DNA of 64,000 bases from Candidatus Poribacteria bacterium (GCA_965198175.1 OZ240245.1:1472001-1536000), one strand, 5' to 3'. Shown: positions 50,186 to 60,790, counted from the first letter of the stretch. A program made the numbers and translations. Notes: generated from the letters alone by a model not told the origin.

Positions 50186-50259
50186 TGCCGGGTCGTCTAA
50201 TGGTAGGACGCATGGCTCTGGACCATGTTGCGAGGGTTCGAGTCCTTCCCCGGCAGCCA
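50186..50259 (+). tRNA. tRNA-Gln (anticodon CTG)
   Basis: TGCCGGG/CCCGGCA acceptor stem; CATGG-CTCTGGA-CCATG anticodon arm; GTTCGAGTC T-loop; encoded CCA. Confidence 0.97.
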
Positions 50260-50269
50260 ATTCTTTCAC

Positions 50270-50341
50270 GGCGCTATCGTCTAGGGGTTAGGACGGGTGG
50301 TTCTCAGCCATCAAACCGGGGTTCGATTCCCCGTAGCGCTA
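50270..50341 (+). tRNA. tRNA-Glu (anticodon CTC)
   Basis: GGCGCTA/TAGCGCT acceptor stem; GGTGG-TTCTCAG-CCATC anticodon arm; GTTCGATTC T-loop; CCA not encoded. Confidence 0.96.
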
Positions 50342-50367
50342 TCTCCGCAAGATGTGTTTGAATACCC

Positions 50368-50425
50368 AAAGCCGCATTCGGATGGACGTTTCTCCGCACA
50401 ATGAGTCCACCGATTGCGGCTTTTT
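50368..50425 (+). terminator. Long hairpin terminator after the tRNAs
   Basis: AAAGCCGCA.TCGG.TGGAC ... GTCCACCGATTGCGGC-TTTTT. Confidence 0.7.
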
Positions 50426-51040
50426 GCGTTGGTGGCTATACACACATAAAATGCCGGTTTGCGGGTTCCTGGTGAGAAAGTTTGCACCGGATTCGGTACA
50501 CGTAATCTTTCCTGATAGCAGATTGTGTCTCTTCTATCGTTCCCTCCAAAAACTAGACCTAAGATGATTTCCGACTGGCAAAACGGTCGTTATCTGGGTG
50601 AAATCAATCAACTACAATTCGTGACTCGCGAGTCCTGTGGGCGGGCTTGTGCAATCTCACCTATGTCAAACGAAAGTAGGTTACATCTTGCATAACCTAA
50701 TGCGTTGTGATATTCTTTGTCCATGTTAGATTGAAGCGATCCAGCCATCAAACAGTAGACAGAAGACGAGTCTATACTATCTGATTACACCCCAGAGCGT
50801 GAGGCGTTAGACCTAGAGCAAATTGAGCAAGGCGCCGCCGAAAAGACCGCCCTTTTTAATCGAGGCAACTACTAGTCAAGACGGTTTTGGATGGTAAAGG
50901 AATCGCGGCTGGTATGAAAAGCATCGTAGACAATATCACCATCAAGGATTGGCTAGACTTTAAACCGACTACCGCTCACGATGATTCTGATAGCAAAGTA
51001 AAACACTTGACAACCCCATTCCACAATAAGGAGTCTTAAT

Positions 51041-51433
51041 ATGAAAGTCCTTGTAATCTTCACTATTTCCGTGTGTTTACTGAGTTGCCAAGTCGACAAG
51101 CCGCGAGTAAGTTTGGGCAAGGATGTTGATAAAATTCAGGAGCAAATTAGAGAGCTAGAAAAGAAAGTTGCGAATCTTGAGAAGCGAATTATCGCAAATG
51201 AGAAGCGAATTACTGCAATTCAACTGAAACTGATTGTTTCTAAAGCCTACCGCATAGCTATGATTGAAGCCTTGAATAATAACGGCTATGATGGCGAGGG
51301 TTGGGCTGCCGAAGTTGATACGTTCTTCGATGGACTTGCTGAGGAACAACGGAAGGAGTTTGCTAAAGTACCGTTGGAAGACTCCGCAGATTTGATGCGT
51401 AGGTACAGACTTATTTTCCCTTGGGAACAGTGA
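51041..51433 (+). CDS. Putative lipoprotein with coiled coil
   Basis: Lipobox LLSC; heptad-rich IRELEKKVANLEKRIIANEKRI; AGGAG RBS. Confidence 0.7.
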   Translation: MKVLVIFTISVCLLSCQVDKPRVSLGKDVDKIQEQIRELEKKVANLEKRIIANEKRITAIQLKLIVSKAYRIAMIEALNNNGYDGEGWAAEVDTFFDGLAEEQRKEFAKVPLEDSADLMRRYRLIFPWEQ

Positions 51434-51466
51434 TTAACCACATGGCAGAGGAGGGAATAGTATCGC

Positions 51467-53401
51467 ATGGAACGTGCTCAACAACTACTCACCGGGACAT
51501 TTGGCTTCGACCAATTTCTGCCGGGGCAGGCGGAAGTCATCGAACATCTGCTCGCCGGGCGTTCAGCTCTAGCAACCTTTCCGACAGGTGGGGGGAAATC
51601 GCTCTGCTACCAATTGCCATCGCTCACCTTCGATGGTGTAACAGTCGTTATTTCGCCGCTGATTGCGTTGATGAAAGATCAGATCGATGTCCTCAAGAGC
51701 CGGGGTGTTCCAGCCGAGCGGCTTGATTCAACGCTATCGGCCGATGAAAATCGCTCTGTCATGTTAGCCCTGCGGTCTGGGAAATTGCGTCTCCTGTATG
51801 TGGCACCAGAGCGATTTAACAACGAACGCTTTTTGCAAGCAATTATGCACACGAAGGTATCAATGTTCGCTGTTGACGAGGCACACTGCATCTCAGAGTG
51901 GGGCCACAACTTTCGACCGGATTACCTTAAACTCGCTCGTTTTGCGCGGGCATGCCGTGCAGAGCGGTTGTTTGCATTGACGGCGACAGCGGCTCCCAAG
52001 GTAGCTGAAGACATCTGTGAGGGATTCGGTATACCCGGCGAATGCGTAGTTCGGACCGGTTTTTACCGAAGGAACCTCACAGTGTTGACAACGCCTATCA
52101 CCGCTGCTGACCGCGATAGAACTTTGCTAGAAAGGCTAAAGGCGCGTCCCGTGGGGCCCACAATAGTCTACGTCACGCTACAAAAAACAGCCGAGCAGGT
52201 AGCAGCGTATCTCGCCTCGGCGGGACTACCGGCACAAGCCTATCATGCTGGGATGAAAAATGAGCAGCGGACAGAAGTGCAAGATTGGTTCATGGACTCA
52301 GACAATGGGGTCGTGGTGGCGACCATTGCTTTCGGCATGGGAATCGACAAGCCAAACATCCGTTACATTTACCACTATAATCTGCCGAAGAGTCTTGAGA
52401 ATTTCTCGCAGGAGATTGGGCGTGCCGGGCGAGACGGAGAGAATTCGATCTGTGAGATGTTTGTCTGCTTGGATGATGTTTGCACACTTGAGAACTTTGC
52501 CTATGGGGACAGCCCAAGTCGAAACGCAATCCGAGATCTGGTCAAGGATATTTTTTCCTTTTCCGGTGAGTTCGACCTTAGTCTTTATGAACTGTCGAGG
52601 CGTCATGACATTCGTCAATTAGTGGCACGGACATTGTTAGTGAAAATGGAACTTTATGGTTATCTACAGGAACTGACCCCATTTTACAGCCGCTACCAAT
52701 TTCAGCCACTTGTTTCGTCGTCCGAAATTTTATCGAGGTTTGAAGATGAACGTCGCCAATTCCTGATAGCAGTTTTCAAACGAACTCACAAAGCCAAGAC
52801 TTGGTTTCATATTGATCTCAATGAAGCAGCAGAAGCGATTGATTGCCCCCGCGATCGAATAGTGCGGGCATTGGACTACCTCGCCGAGCAGGGGCTGTTG
52901 GAAGTGAGAGCCGAAGGGGTTCGCAATCGCTTTTTAATCCTCCAGCAGCCCGATGACATGGATCAGCTAACCGATACGCTGTTTAATAACGCGCTTGAAC
53001 TTGAGAAGCGTGAGGTAGAACGGATTGGACAAGTTATTGAGTTGGCATCGTACGACGGGTGCCAAGTAGCACACTTAGCAGCGCACTTCGGTGAAAAACT
53101 CCCTCGTCTCTGCGGACATTGTGCCTGGTGTTTAAATGGTCATGAACCTACGAGACTTTTACCCGCGGAACCGGGGGCAATCGATGAAGGAATGTGGAAG
53201 CAACTTCTTGATGCGTGGCAAGATCAGGATGAGCCAATTGACGACGCCCGTTCAGTAGCCCGATTCGCGTGTGGAATTACCTCTCCACGATTAACGCAAA
53301 CTAGAATGTCGAGACATCCGCTTTTTGGATGCTTTGCCCACGTCCGATTTGATGAGTTATACAGGCGTGCCCAAACGGTAGAACAAGATTCAAATCTGTA
53401 A
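51467..53401 (+). CDS. recQ: RecQ family ATP-dependent DNA helicase (no HRDC domain seen)
   Basis: PTGGGKS, DEAHCISEWGHNFRPDY, ATIAFGMGIDK, QEIGRAGRDG, C..CGHCAWC Zn site. Confidence 0.9.
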   Translation: MERAQQLLTGTFGFDQFLPGQAEVIEHLLAGRSALATFPTGGGKSLCYQLPSLTFDGVTVVISPLIALMKDQIDVLKSRGVPAERLDSTLSADENRSVMLALRSGKLRLLYVAPERFNNERFLQAIMHTKVSMFAVDEAHCISEWGHNFRPDYLKLARFARACRAERLFALTATAAPKVAEDICEGFGIPGECVVRTGFYRRNLTVLTTPITAADRDRTLLERLKARPVGPTIVYVTLQKTAEQVAAYLASAGLPAQAYHAGMKNEQRTEVQDWFMDSDNGVVVATIAFGMGIDKPNIRYIYHYNLPKSLENFSQEIGRAGRDGENSICEMFVCLDDVCTLENFAYGDSPSRNAIRDLVKDIFSFSGEFDLSLYELSRRHDIRQLVARTLLVKMELYGYLQELTPFYSRYQFQPLVSSSEILSRFEDERRQFLIAVFKRTHKAKTWFHIDLNEAAEAIDCPRDRIVRALDYLAEQGLLEVRAEGVRNRFLILQQPDDMDQLTDTLFNNALELEKREVERIGQVIELASYDGCQVAHLAAHFGEKLPRLCGHCAWCLNGHEPTRLLPAEPGAIDEGMWKQLLDAWQDQDEPIDDARSVARFACGITSPRLTQTRMSRHPLFGCFAHVRFDELYRRAQTVEQDSNL

Positions 53402-54154
53402 GCGACAGCAGAAGTTCCCAATGAAACCAATCACTAAATCCATCGCCCCATTTATTGTGTGTGAATATCCAAACACATGCCTCAAATTCCCTCGGAAACT
53501 TCCAATTGAAGGTCGGGTTTGTGCGAAAAAACCACGGGTGTTGTCTAATTCCCGATACGACTTGCTACATTTTCTCTTGTAGATTTTAACTCGATTGACG
53601 ACAAAATCCTGTGGGAAATCCTCCGCAAACACTCAATTTTGACCATCGAACTAGAAGGTTTACGTTCTAAGGTGCAATTTCTTTCCCATGTTATTCGCTT
53701 AATTTTTCGGTTGCCTTTATCACACGACGCAAAACGTCTTCAATTAATCAGTGGATGAGAATCGTTTGTTGATTTCAAATCTGTTTCACTGTGCCTCCCT
53801 CGAAGAATGAAAGTCCTCCCGATACGTGTCGAAAAAATCCCTTATCGTCATTCCGTAGTCTGTTTCCAAATATTGTTCCAATTTTTGGGTGTTTCGCTCC
53901 CATTCTTGGTCTAGGGGAGCTATGAGATCCGAAATTCGTTCCTTCTCACTTTGAACCTGTAGGAGTTCATCATGTAGCCTTTGGTTTTCCTCTCCACTTG
54001 TCCCGTTAATCGCGGAGTTAAGTTCGTCCTCGATTTTACCGAGCTTCGCATATTCGCGCATAAAAGGCCTGATTTCCTCCGCATGGGACACATTTTTGTT
54101 CCACAACTCGTTGACGACAATAAAGAGCATTTCTAGCTCCGATCTGATTTCTGA

Positions 54155-55322
54155 TACGATTTCCAAATCTAAATGTTACGGACAATCCAATCGAATCCGG
54201 TAATGGATTGAACGATGTCGGACTGAGCCTCGAAGTAAAGCAACCCTTCAACCAACGTCTCTTCCAGGTGTGTCATATGTTCGAAAGATTAGGTTGGGGA
54301 AGTATTTCTCCCGCAGTTCGTCCCAGACATGTTCAACCGGATTGAGTTGCGGGCAGTAGGGTGGTAACGTTTCGACCATCATCTGCTCCGGGATTACCAA
54401 AGCGGATGTACTATGGCTTGGTGCTTGGTCATATATCATTAAAATGAACTCATACGGGTGTCTTTGGGACACTTCATCGAGGAAAAGGTTCATTGACTAA
54501 CTGTCCATATTAGGCAAAATCAGAAAATCGCACGCCCCATCAACCGGGCTGACCGCCCCATACGCATAAGTATATTCTCTAACGGTTTGTTTCAAAACCA
54601 CGGGGCGAATCTCTTTTGGGGCCCAACACCTTTTCGGCTCGTTGATTCGACCAAACCGCGCCTCGTCCTGGAGCATTACTCGTAAAGGCAACCCTTTTTG
54701 CTTTGCTTCCTTTTGAGCTTGTTGGATAAGCGTGGGGAATTTTTTTAAAAGTATCGGCAGCTAGCTCATCGTGTTTCGGGTGTTGGGGTCTCGGAACCAC
54801 TTTTCGCCACTGATGTCGGTGCAAAAGCGCGTAAACCGTCGATTTTCCCACTTTTTCTTGGTAAGCGCGATGAATCTGTGAAACCTCAATGATTTGACCG
54901 CTTGCTGCCTTTGTCACCAAGTCGGCGATGAACGCTTGCTCATCAGCTAGGCTCAGGTTTTGATGATTTCTGCCCCCTTTGGGCTTGGGAGATAGCGCGG
55001 CAATCCCATTTTTACGGTACTTACTTTGGATTCTTCTCACACTTGCCGGGTGATAGGTGGTAATTTCAGCGATTTGGTTCGAGGAATAACCATACTTCTC
55101 CCTTAGATAGACGCATTGAATACGCCGGTACTCCGAGAGGGTTGAGGCTTGTTCAAGTCGTTGTCTAAGTTGGGCTTCGTTCTTTTCGGGCATGACGCTT
55201 CCTTTGCTCGTTCGGATGGACGCCCGTCGATTACACAGCAATCGGCTGATTCCAATCAACACTACAGTAAAGTTAGATGCTAGCATTATATCTCTTTGTA
55301 ACTTATAGATCAATAATTAGTA
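54155..55322 (-). mobile_element. IS630-family insertion sequence (1168 bp), decayed
   Basis: Imperfect IRs TACTAATTATTGATCTATAAGTTAC / TACGATTTCCAAATCTAAATGTTAC; 3-bp flanking duplication TGA (54152-54154, 55323-55325). Confidence 0.88.
54169..55193 (-). pseudogene. IS630 transposase pseudogene
   Basis: HTH region ending RKVVPRPQHPK; A7 frameshift site; DDE motifs QDEARFGR, DQAPSH, LPPYCPQLNPVEHVW; in-frame TAG at 54497-54499 and an extra-base frameshift near 54285. Confidence 0.9.
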
Positions 55323-55738
55323 TGAGTCATCAGTTTCAATTTCAGGAGCCGAGGAAAATTCCTTATTTTCTGTATCCTCAAGACTCTCTTGAGAACCTTG
55401 CCCTAGGATTTCGACTTCTTCTCTTGTTTTTTCTGTTTCCGCCGGAGTTGGTTGTTCTTGCTCTGCTTTCGAGAAATCGGTGCGGGGAGCGTACTTGACG
55501 GAATTGTCTTCCGGTACATGGGGTATTTCCTGCTGCTGTTCGGTACGGGTCCGTAGTTCGAAAAAAAATGTATAGATGAAATAAATGACCGAGGCCAAAA
55601 AAACGAGGCACGAAAATAACAGAAATTTCTTGTGCAATTTCTTTTTTCTCCTTTCGTATTCGTTTGAAAAAGAGAAGTGTAATATGAATCAATCAATTGC
55701 TTAACGAGTCGTATTCGGACAGGGATTTAATCCTCTCT

Positions 55739-55835
55739 AAGGTTCGATCCTCATATATTGATTGTTGATTCGTCAAAAAGCCGCTGAATCGCAGTGGCGG
55801 CAGTCTGCGTGTCTCGGAGCGGTTTAACGGGGGCT
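55739..55835 (-). repeat. Diverged orphan copy of the 3' end of the ELM1-like gene (partner 59547-59642)
   Basis: Encodes APVKPLRDTQTAATAIQRLFDESTINI* versus APVKPLRDTQTAAAAIQRLFGEWKTNK*. Confidence 0.9.
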
Positions 55836-56021
55836 ATACCGTTCGTAAATACCCCTTCTGATGCTGTGATTGGTATTCAAAGCAACCTGTTTTTCCATAC
55901 CCGCCTTTTTATTCCAGCGCCAAGTAATCCAACCCTCTCTTTTTTTACCACCAAATTGCCATTTGTGCGATAGCCGAGCCGCTATGCCGCATCGTTATAA
56001 TCCCAAAAGAGGCTGCGCAGT

Positions 56022-57581
56022 TTAATCAATAATTTTCCATAGGAGCACCGTCCCGTCGTCACTCGCACTGGCGAGCACGCCACTCACCGGACTGAACGCC
56101 ACGCTATTGACCGCACCTGTATGTCCGGCGAGCGTTTCTTTACCTTCACCCGTCATGGCATTCCACAGTCGCACCGTATTGTCTTCACCCCCGCTGGCAA
56201 GTACCTTTCCATCAGGACTGAACACTACACTTAAAACATTATCTTTATGCCCAACGAGCGTTCGCTTATTTTCACCGGTCATGGTATCCCACAGATGCAC
56301 ATGTTTGTCCTTCCATAGTTTACTCGCGGTAGCATACGTGGAGCCGTCCGGGCTGAACGCTATACTTGCAATGCTATCCGTATTTCCCGCGAGCGTCCGT
56401 TCATGTGTCCACGCCACGGCATTCCACAATCGCACCGTCTTGTCCTCACCCCCACTAGCAAGCACTTTGCCATCTGGACTGAACGCTACGCTTTTGATCT
56501 TTTTTGTGTACCCTGCGAGTGTCTCCTTATGTTCACCCGTTGTGGCATCCCACAGTCGTACCGTCCCATCCCAACTCCCGCTGGCAAGTGATTTGCTATG
56601 TGGGTTGAACGCTACAGTATTGATCATTTCTTTATGCCCGGTGAGCGTCCTTTTGTGTTCTCCCGTTGTGGCATCCCACAGATGCACGGTATTATCCTCC
56701 CATCCCCCACTCGTGTTGGCAAGCGTGGTACCATCTGGACTGAAGGCAACGCTTAAGACCACCTCCATGATTATATCTTTATCCCCGGTGAGGGTTGTCT
56801 TGATATCGCCCGTTACCGCATCCCACAGCCGCACCGTCGTTCCCCAACTTCCAGTAGCAAGGGTCCTCCCATCCGGACCGAACGCTATGCTTGAGATAGC
56901 ATTCCTATGCGCGGCGAGGGTTCTTTCGCGTTTCATCCTAATGCCATCCCACGACCGCACCGGCTTCTTCGCTGGAGGCGGTTCGCTAATCTGCAGCGGC
57001 ACCACTATGAAATCCCACAGGCGTACTTTCCCGTCTCTTCCCCCACAGGCAAAGATCCGCCCATCAGAACTAAACGCTACGCTTGAAACCGGACTAGTAT
57101 GTGTTTTAAGCTCCCACGTGCCACCTTGTTTGGTATCCCACACAAGTATACTCCAATCCGCGCCTCCGCTGGCAATAAACTCCCCATCCGGACTGAATGC
57201 TACGCTATTGACCACATCTGTATGTCTGGTGCGAGCCCACTTGAGTGCCCCCGTTTCGACATCCCACAGCCGCACCGTCATGTCCCTACCTCCACTGGCA
57301 AGCGTCTTCCCATCAGTGGTGAATGAAACGCTCAAGACCTCCGACGTATGTCCGGTGAGTAGAGCAACCTCTTTTTGGGTTGCTGTATCATACAGCCAAA
57401 TACCGATGGAACCAGCGACCGCAAGCAGAGTGCCATCGGGAGAATACTGAATCACATTTATACTGCCCTTACCGAGGCGGGCAATGGCACCTTCGGGGAG
57501 ATTCAGGTGCGTGTATCCTAGGGGGTAAGCATATGGCGAAAATAGAGTCAAAAGCATAAGAAATGTCATCGTGATTTTCAT
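56022..57581 (-). CDS. Secreted WD40-repeat protein
   Basis: Signal peptide; LPEGAIARLGKG; about 11 GH..V.SVAFSPDG..LASGG.D.TVRLWD repeats. Confidence 0.93.
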   Translation of the reverse strand: MKITMTFLMLLTLFSPYAYPLGYTHLNLPEGAIARLGKGSINVIQYSPDGTLLAVAGSIGIWLYDTATQKEVALLTGHTSEVLSVSFTTDGKTLASGGRDMTVRLWDVETGALKWARTRHTDVVNSVAFSPDGEFIASGGADWSILVWDTKQGGTWELKTHTSPVSSVAFSSDGRIFACGGRDGKVRLWDFIVVPLQISEPPPAKKPVRSWDGIRMKRERTLAAHRNAISSIAFGPDGRTLATGSWGTTVRLWDAVTGDIKTTLTGDKDIIMEVVLSVAFSPDGTTLANTSGGWEDNTVHLWDATTGEHKRTLTGHKEMINTVAFNPHSKSLASGSWDGTVRLWDATTGEHKETLAGYTKKIKSVAFSPDGKVLASGGEDKTVRLWNAVAWTHERTLAGNTDSIASIAFSPDGSTYATASKLWKDKHVHLWDTMTGENKRTLVGHKDNVLSVVFSPDGKVLASGGEDNTVRLWNAMTGEGKETLAGHTGAVNSVAFSPVSGVLASASDDGTVLLWKIID

Positions 57582-57875
57582 CTGGAATCCTACCTTTCTG
57601 GAAATGGAATGGATTGGCATAGTGTTTCTATTCCGTTGGCAAAGCAAGTGCCGTTTAATTTTGAATTATGAGGGAGTTCGTTGTTATAATAGATAAACCT
57701 TACCAAATCAGAAATACAAATCGTGAACACACGCGCAAGATTGTGTATCGTCACTTCTTGCTGTGGGTCGAATTTGCTGTTGTTCAAGTGGAAAAATACC
57801 TGATCCTTACTTTTTCCGCTGTCATTGAGTGTCACCCCATTGTAACAATATAACGCTAACAAGGAGAAGTCTAAA

Positions 57876-58574
57876 ATGAAACACAAAAGATTTATAACAT
57901 TGGCTAGTTTTGTTAGCCTAACCGTTGTTCTGTCTGTTTTATGTTTGCCGAGTGTGTCTGGATCGTCGATGGCGCCGTATGAAAAGGGTTTTAGCATTGC
58001 GAATGTAGTGGATGATTCCGATCTGGTTGTTTTCGGTGACGTGGTGAAAAAGCAGTTTGTGTTTCGTGAGGGGTTCGGGCGCACAACGGACATCTCAATC
58101 GATGTCAGAGAGATGATAAAAGGGACTCCAAACGCAGGTGAGGACCATGTAAAGTTTATGATTGATGGAGGAACGGGAACCGATCCAAACACCGGCAGAA
58201 CTTTGACAAAAGAAGTTTCAGGTACACCCGAATTTGAATTGAACGAGGGGGTTTTACTTTTTCTAGTGAAAAGCACTGAGTTGCAAAAACCGCATGGCGG
58301 ATATTATGTCTTTTATGGCACCTATGGTAAAAGACTGATGAAAAACGGTAAAGTGACGCTCTATTATACATTGGATAATGATGAGGTGAAAGTAATTGAT
58401 TTGCCAATTGGCTTAGTTATTCAGATTGCTAAGGCAGCGGCCAAAGATTATGAGGCAGCGAGTCGGTTGGAGAATGATATTAGAGCACACATCATTTTTT
58501 TTCAAAAACTTACAGATCGCCTAAAACGTGAAGCGCAACAGATTATGGATAGACAACTGCAAAATCAAGAATAG
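57876..58574 (+). CDS. Secreted hypothetical protein, paralogue 1
   Basis: Signal/TM N-terminus; SDLVVFGDV..PEFELNEGVLLFL; AAGGAG RBS. Confidence 0.8.
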   Translation: MKHKRFITLASFVSLTVVLSVLCLPSVSGSSMAPYEKGFSIANVVDDSDLVVFGDVVKKQFVFREGFGRTTDISIDVREMIKGTPNAGEDHVKFMIDGGTGTDPNTGRTLTKEVSGTPEFELNEGVLLFLVKSTELQKPHGGYYVFYGTYGKRLMKNGKVTLYYTLDNDEVKVIDLPIGLVIQIAKAAAKDYEAASRLENDIRAHIIFFQKLTDRLKREAQQIMDRQLQNQE

Positions 58575-58584
58575 GAGAAATTAA

Positions 58585-59295
58585 GTGGACGCTATCTTAT
58601 ATCAACAAAGGTTTGTTAAATTGGCTAGTCTTGTAAGCCTAACAGTTGTTCTGTTTGTTTTTTGTTTGCCGAGAGTGTACGGTTTGTCGATGGCGCCGTA
58701 CGGAAAGGGTTTTAGCATTGCGAATGTAGTGGGTGATTCCAATCTGGTTGTTTTCGGTCGAGTGGTTAAAAAAGAGTTTGTGTTCCGTGAGGAGTTCGGG
58801 CGCACAACGGACATCTCAATCGATGTCAGAGAGATGATAAAAGGGACTCCAAACGCAGGTGAGGACCATGTAAAGTTTATGATTGATGGAGGAACGGGAA
58901 CCGATCCAAACACCGGCAGAACTTTGACAGAAAAAGTTTCAGGTACACCCGAATTTGAATTAAACGAGACGGTTTTACTTTTTCTGGTGAAAAGCAGAAG
59001 ATCTGAGCTTTGTACACCGCATGGTGGATATTACATCTTTTATGTTTTCTATGGCAAAAGACCGGTCAATAACGGTAAAGTGTCGCTCTGGTATACATTA
59101 GATAATGACGGCGTGGGGGTTATAGATTTGCCCGTTGACTTAGTTATTCAGATTGCAAAGGCAGCCGCCAAAAATTATGAAGCAGCTAGTCGATTGGAAA
59201 ATGACATCAGAGCACAAATTATTTTTTTTCGAAAACTTACAGATCGTCTCAAGCGTGAAGCGCAACAGATTATAGATGGACAGCCGCAAAATTAA
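58585..59295 (+). CDS. Secreted hypothetical protein, paralogue 2
   Basis: Tandem near-copy of 57876-58574; AGGAG before GTG. Confidence 0.8.
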   Translation: MDAILYQQRFVKLASLVSLTVVLFVFCLPRVYGLSMAPYGKGFSIANVVGDSNLVVFGRVVKKEFVFREEFGRTTDISIDVREMIKGTPNAGEDHVKFMIDGGTGTDPNTGRTLTEKVSGTPEFELNETVLLFLVKSRRSELCTPHGGYYIFYVFYGKRPVNNGKVSLWYTLDNDGVGVIDLPVDLVIQIAKAAAKNYEAASRLENDIRAQIIFFRKLTDRLKREAQQIIDGQPQN

Positions 59296-59557
59296 GAATA
59301 GGAGAATTTTAGGGAACGCTATCTAATTTCTACTGCATGAGCGCTATTATGTAATAGTGAACCAATATACCAATCAACCAATTACGCTTCGCGTTGTAAT
59401 TTTCTTTACGTCCCCTGTCCCGTGGTAGAAATCGAAATCGTCGATTATAGATCCGAATGAGATATTGTCATTTTGCCTTATTTTCGTTCCTGCCTTAATT
59501 CCCGGTCCTGCCAAGTTTCACGCATCACCCTGTTTGAAACGTCTCAAAGGTTTGTCC

Positions 59558-60667
59558 TCACTTATTGGTCTTCCATTCGCCAAAAAGCCGCTGAATCGCT
59601 GCAGCGGCAGTCTGTGTATCTCGCAGCGGTTTAACCGGGGCTGGATCAGCCAATGCTTGCATGATGTTTTCCGCCAGGTTCTTTGTGTTGCTCCATCTGA
59701 CCGATGCCCGACGCATGATTTCTTGATAAACTCGATTTCGCTTCGAGGCGCAACGTGTTTTGCGATCAACCTCCAGAATAATCACCTTCCGCCCACTACT
59801 TGCCGCTTCGCAGACCATCGAAAAACTGTCTTCGGTGACAACAACGAGATTCGACAATGCAAGAATCTGATTGACAGGATTGACTACACCATTTTCACGG
59901 TGCGCTAAGACAAGGATTGGGCAAAACTCTGAATCCGACAGCCGCGCACCAATCAGGTTCTCGACAGCAATCGGGGTGCGGCGGGAAGTTGTCAATAGGA
60001 TTTGGCAGTTACGTGTGTCAGCGATCCGGCGTAATGTTTCAATAAGATTAACCGTTGTGTTGTTGCTAATCCTCGCGTAGCGATCCTCACCGCCGATGAG
60101 CACACCAATTCGCCGGCGATCTGGGTCATTTTCATCCGCCTCGTAAAAATTGGAGTTTTCAAAATGTTGCCTACGCCGAGCGTCTAAATCTTCTGGAGAG
60201 ATTCGGTTCGGAACGCCGATTGTCTTACAAATGTTGCCTCTGTCCCGGCGGGGCCAGTACATTTTAGGAAGGATAGCAAGATCGAAATGGGAGATGCCGA
60301 GGGGCGATGGGCGGCGACAGGTAACAGTCTTTGCACTGAGACGTTGTCCGAGAAGCAAGTTGACAGCGGCGACCGATGACCCTGTTGAGAGGATGAAATC
60401 TGCGTAATCAATCGCGTCGAGTTGATTCAGTACCTTTCGTTGCAGCGCCATACGCAGCAAACACTCGATGAGTTCGTGCCGTAGTCGAAATCCTCCAAAT
60501 ATGCGCATTAGCACGCGCAGGAGATTATCTCGCCCCTTGCTGCGGAAGGCGACTTCCAGCAACTGGTAGCTGTACTCAGGGATCTGTTGGATTACACCTA
60601 AAGACTGGTTATAATGACCAGGTTTACCGTCACTCAAGACGATGGCATGGATGGTCCTTGTGGACAT
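59558..60667 (-). CDS. ELM1/GtrOC1 family putative glycosyltransferase
   Basis: LSDGKPGHYNQSLG, VLIGG, TTSRRTP, VVTEDSFSMVCEAASSG. Confidence 0.9.
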   Translation of the reverse strand: MSTRTIHAIVLSDGKPGHYNQSLGVIQQIPEYSYQLLEVAFRSKGRDNLLRVLMRIFGGFRLRHELIECLLRMALQRKVLNQLDAIDYADFILSTGSSVAAVNLLLGQRLSAKTVTCRRPSPLGISHFDLAILPKMYWPRRDRGNICKTIGVPNRISPEDLDARRRQHFENSNFYEADENDPDRRRIGVLIGGEDRYARISNNTTVNLIETLRRIADTRNCQILLTTSRRTPIAVENLIGARLSDSEFCPILVLAHRENGVVNPVNQILALSNLVVVTEDSFSMVCEAASSGRKVIILEVDRKTRCASKRNRVYQEIMRRASVRWSNTKNLAENIMQALADPAPVKPLRDTQTAAAAIQRLFGEWKTNK

Positions 60668-60790
60668 AATCCGAATGCTAAAACGTAATCGGAAATTGAG
60701 GTTTCATTACAGATTTGGGAAGTTCGTACGGTTCGATTATGTGCTTGGGTTTTTTCTGTTCTGATTCGTTGACTCGCAGATCGTTGCTAA

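Larger units (their letters stand above)
53786..55637 (-). pseudogene. Membrane-anchored coiled-coil protein gene interrupted by an IS630-family element
   Basis: Removing 54155-55322 and one TCA copy fuses ..ETDDS with EIRSELEMLF.. in frame; N-terminal TM; AGGAG RBS. Confidence 0.85.

Noticed and set aside
54497..54499. In-frame TAG as recoding (pyrrolysine/readthrough)
   Set aside because: TAG terminates many normal genes here, and the same transposase has another frameshift, so this is decay.
55741..55750. GGTTCGATCC as a tRNA T-loop or attR
   Set aside because: No tRNA stems; it belongs to the ELM1 3'-flank duplicate.
56107..57450. 447-aa ORF antisense to the WD40 gene
   Set aside because: Shadow of the repetitive WD40 codons; no independent protein features.
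57590..58913. Antisense ORFs 57590-58276 and 58602-58913
   Set aside because: Mirror the + strand paralogues, which have RBSs and signal peptides.
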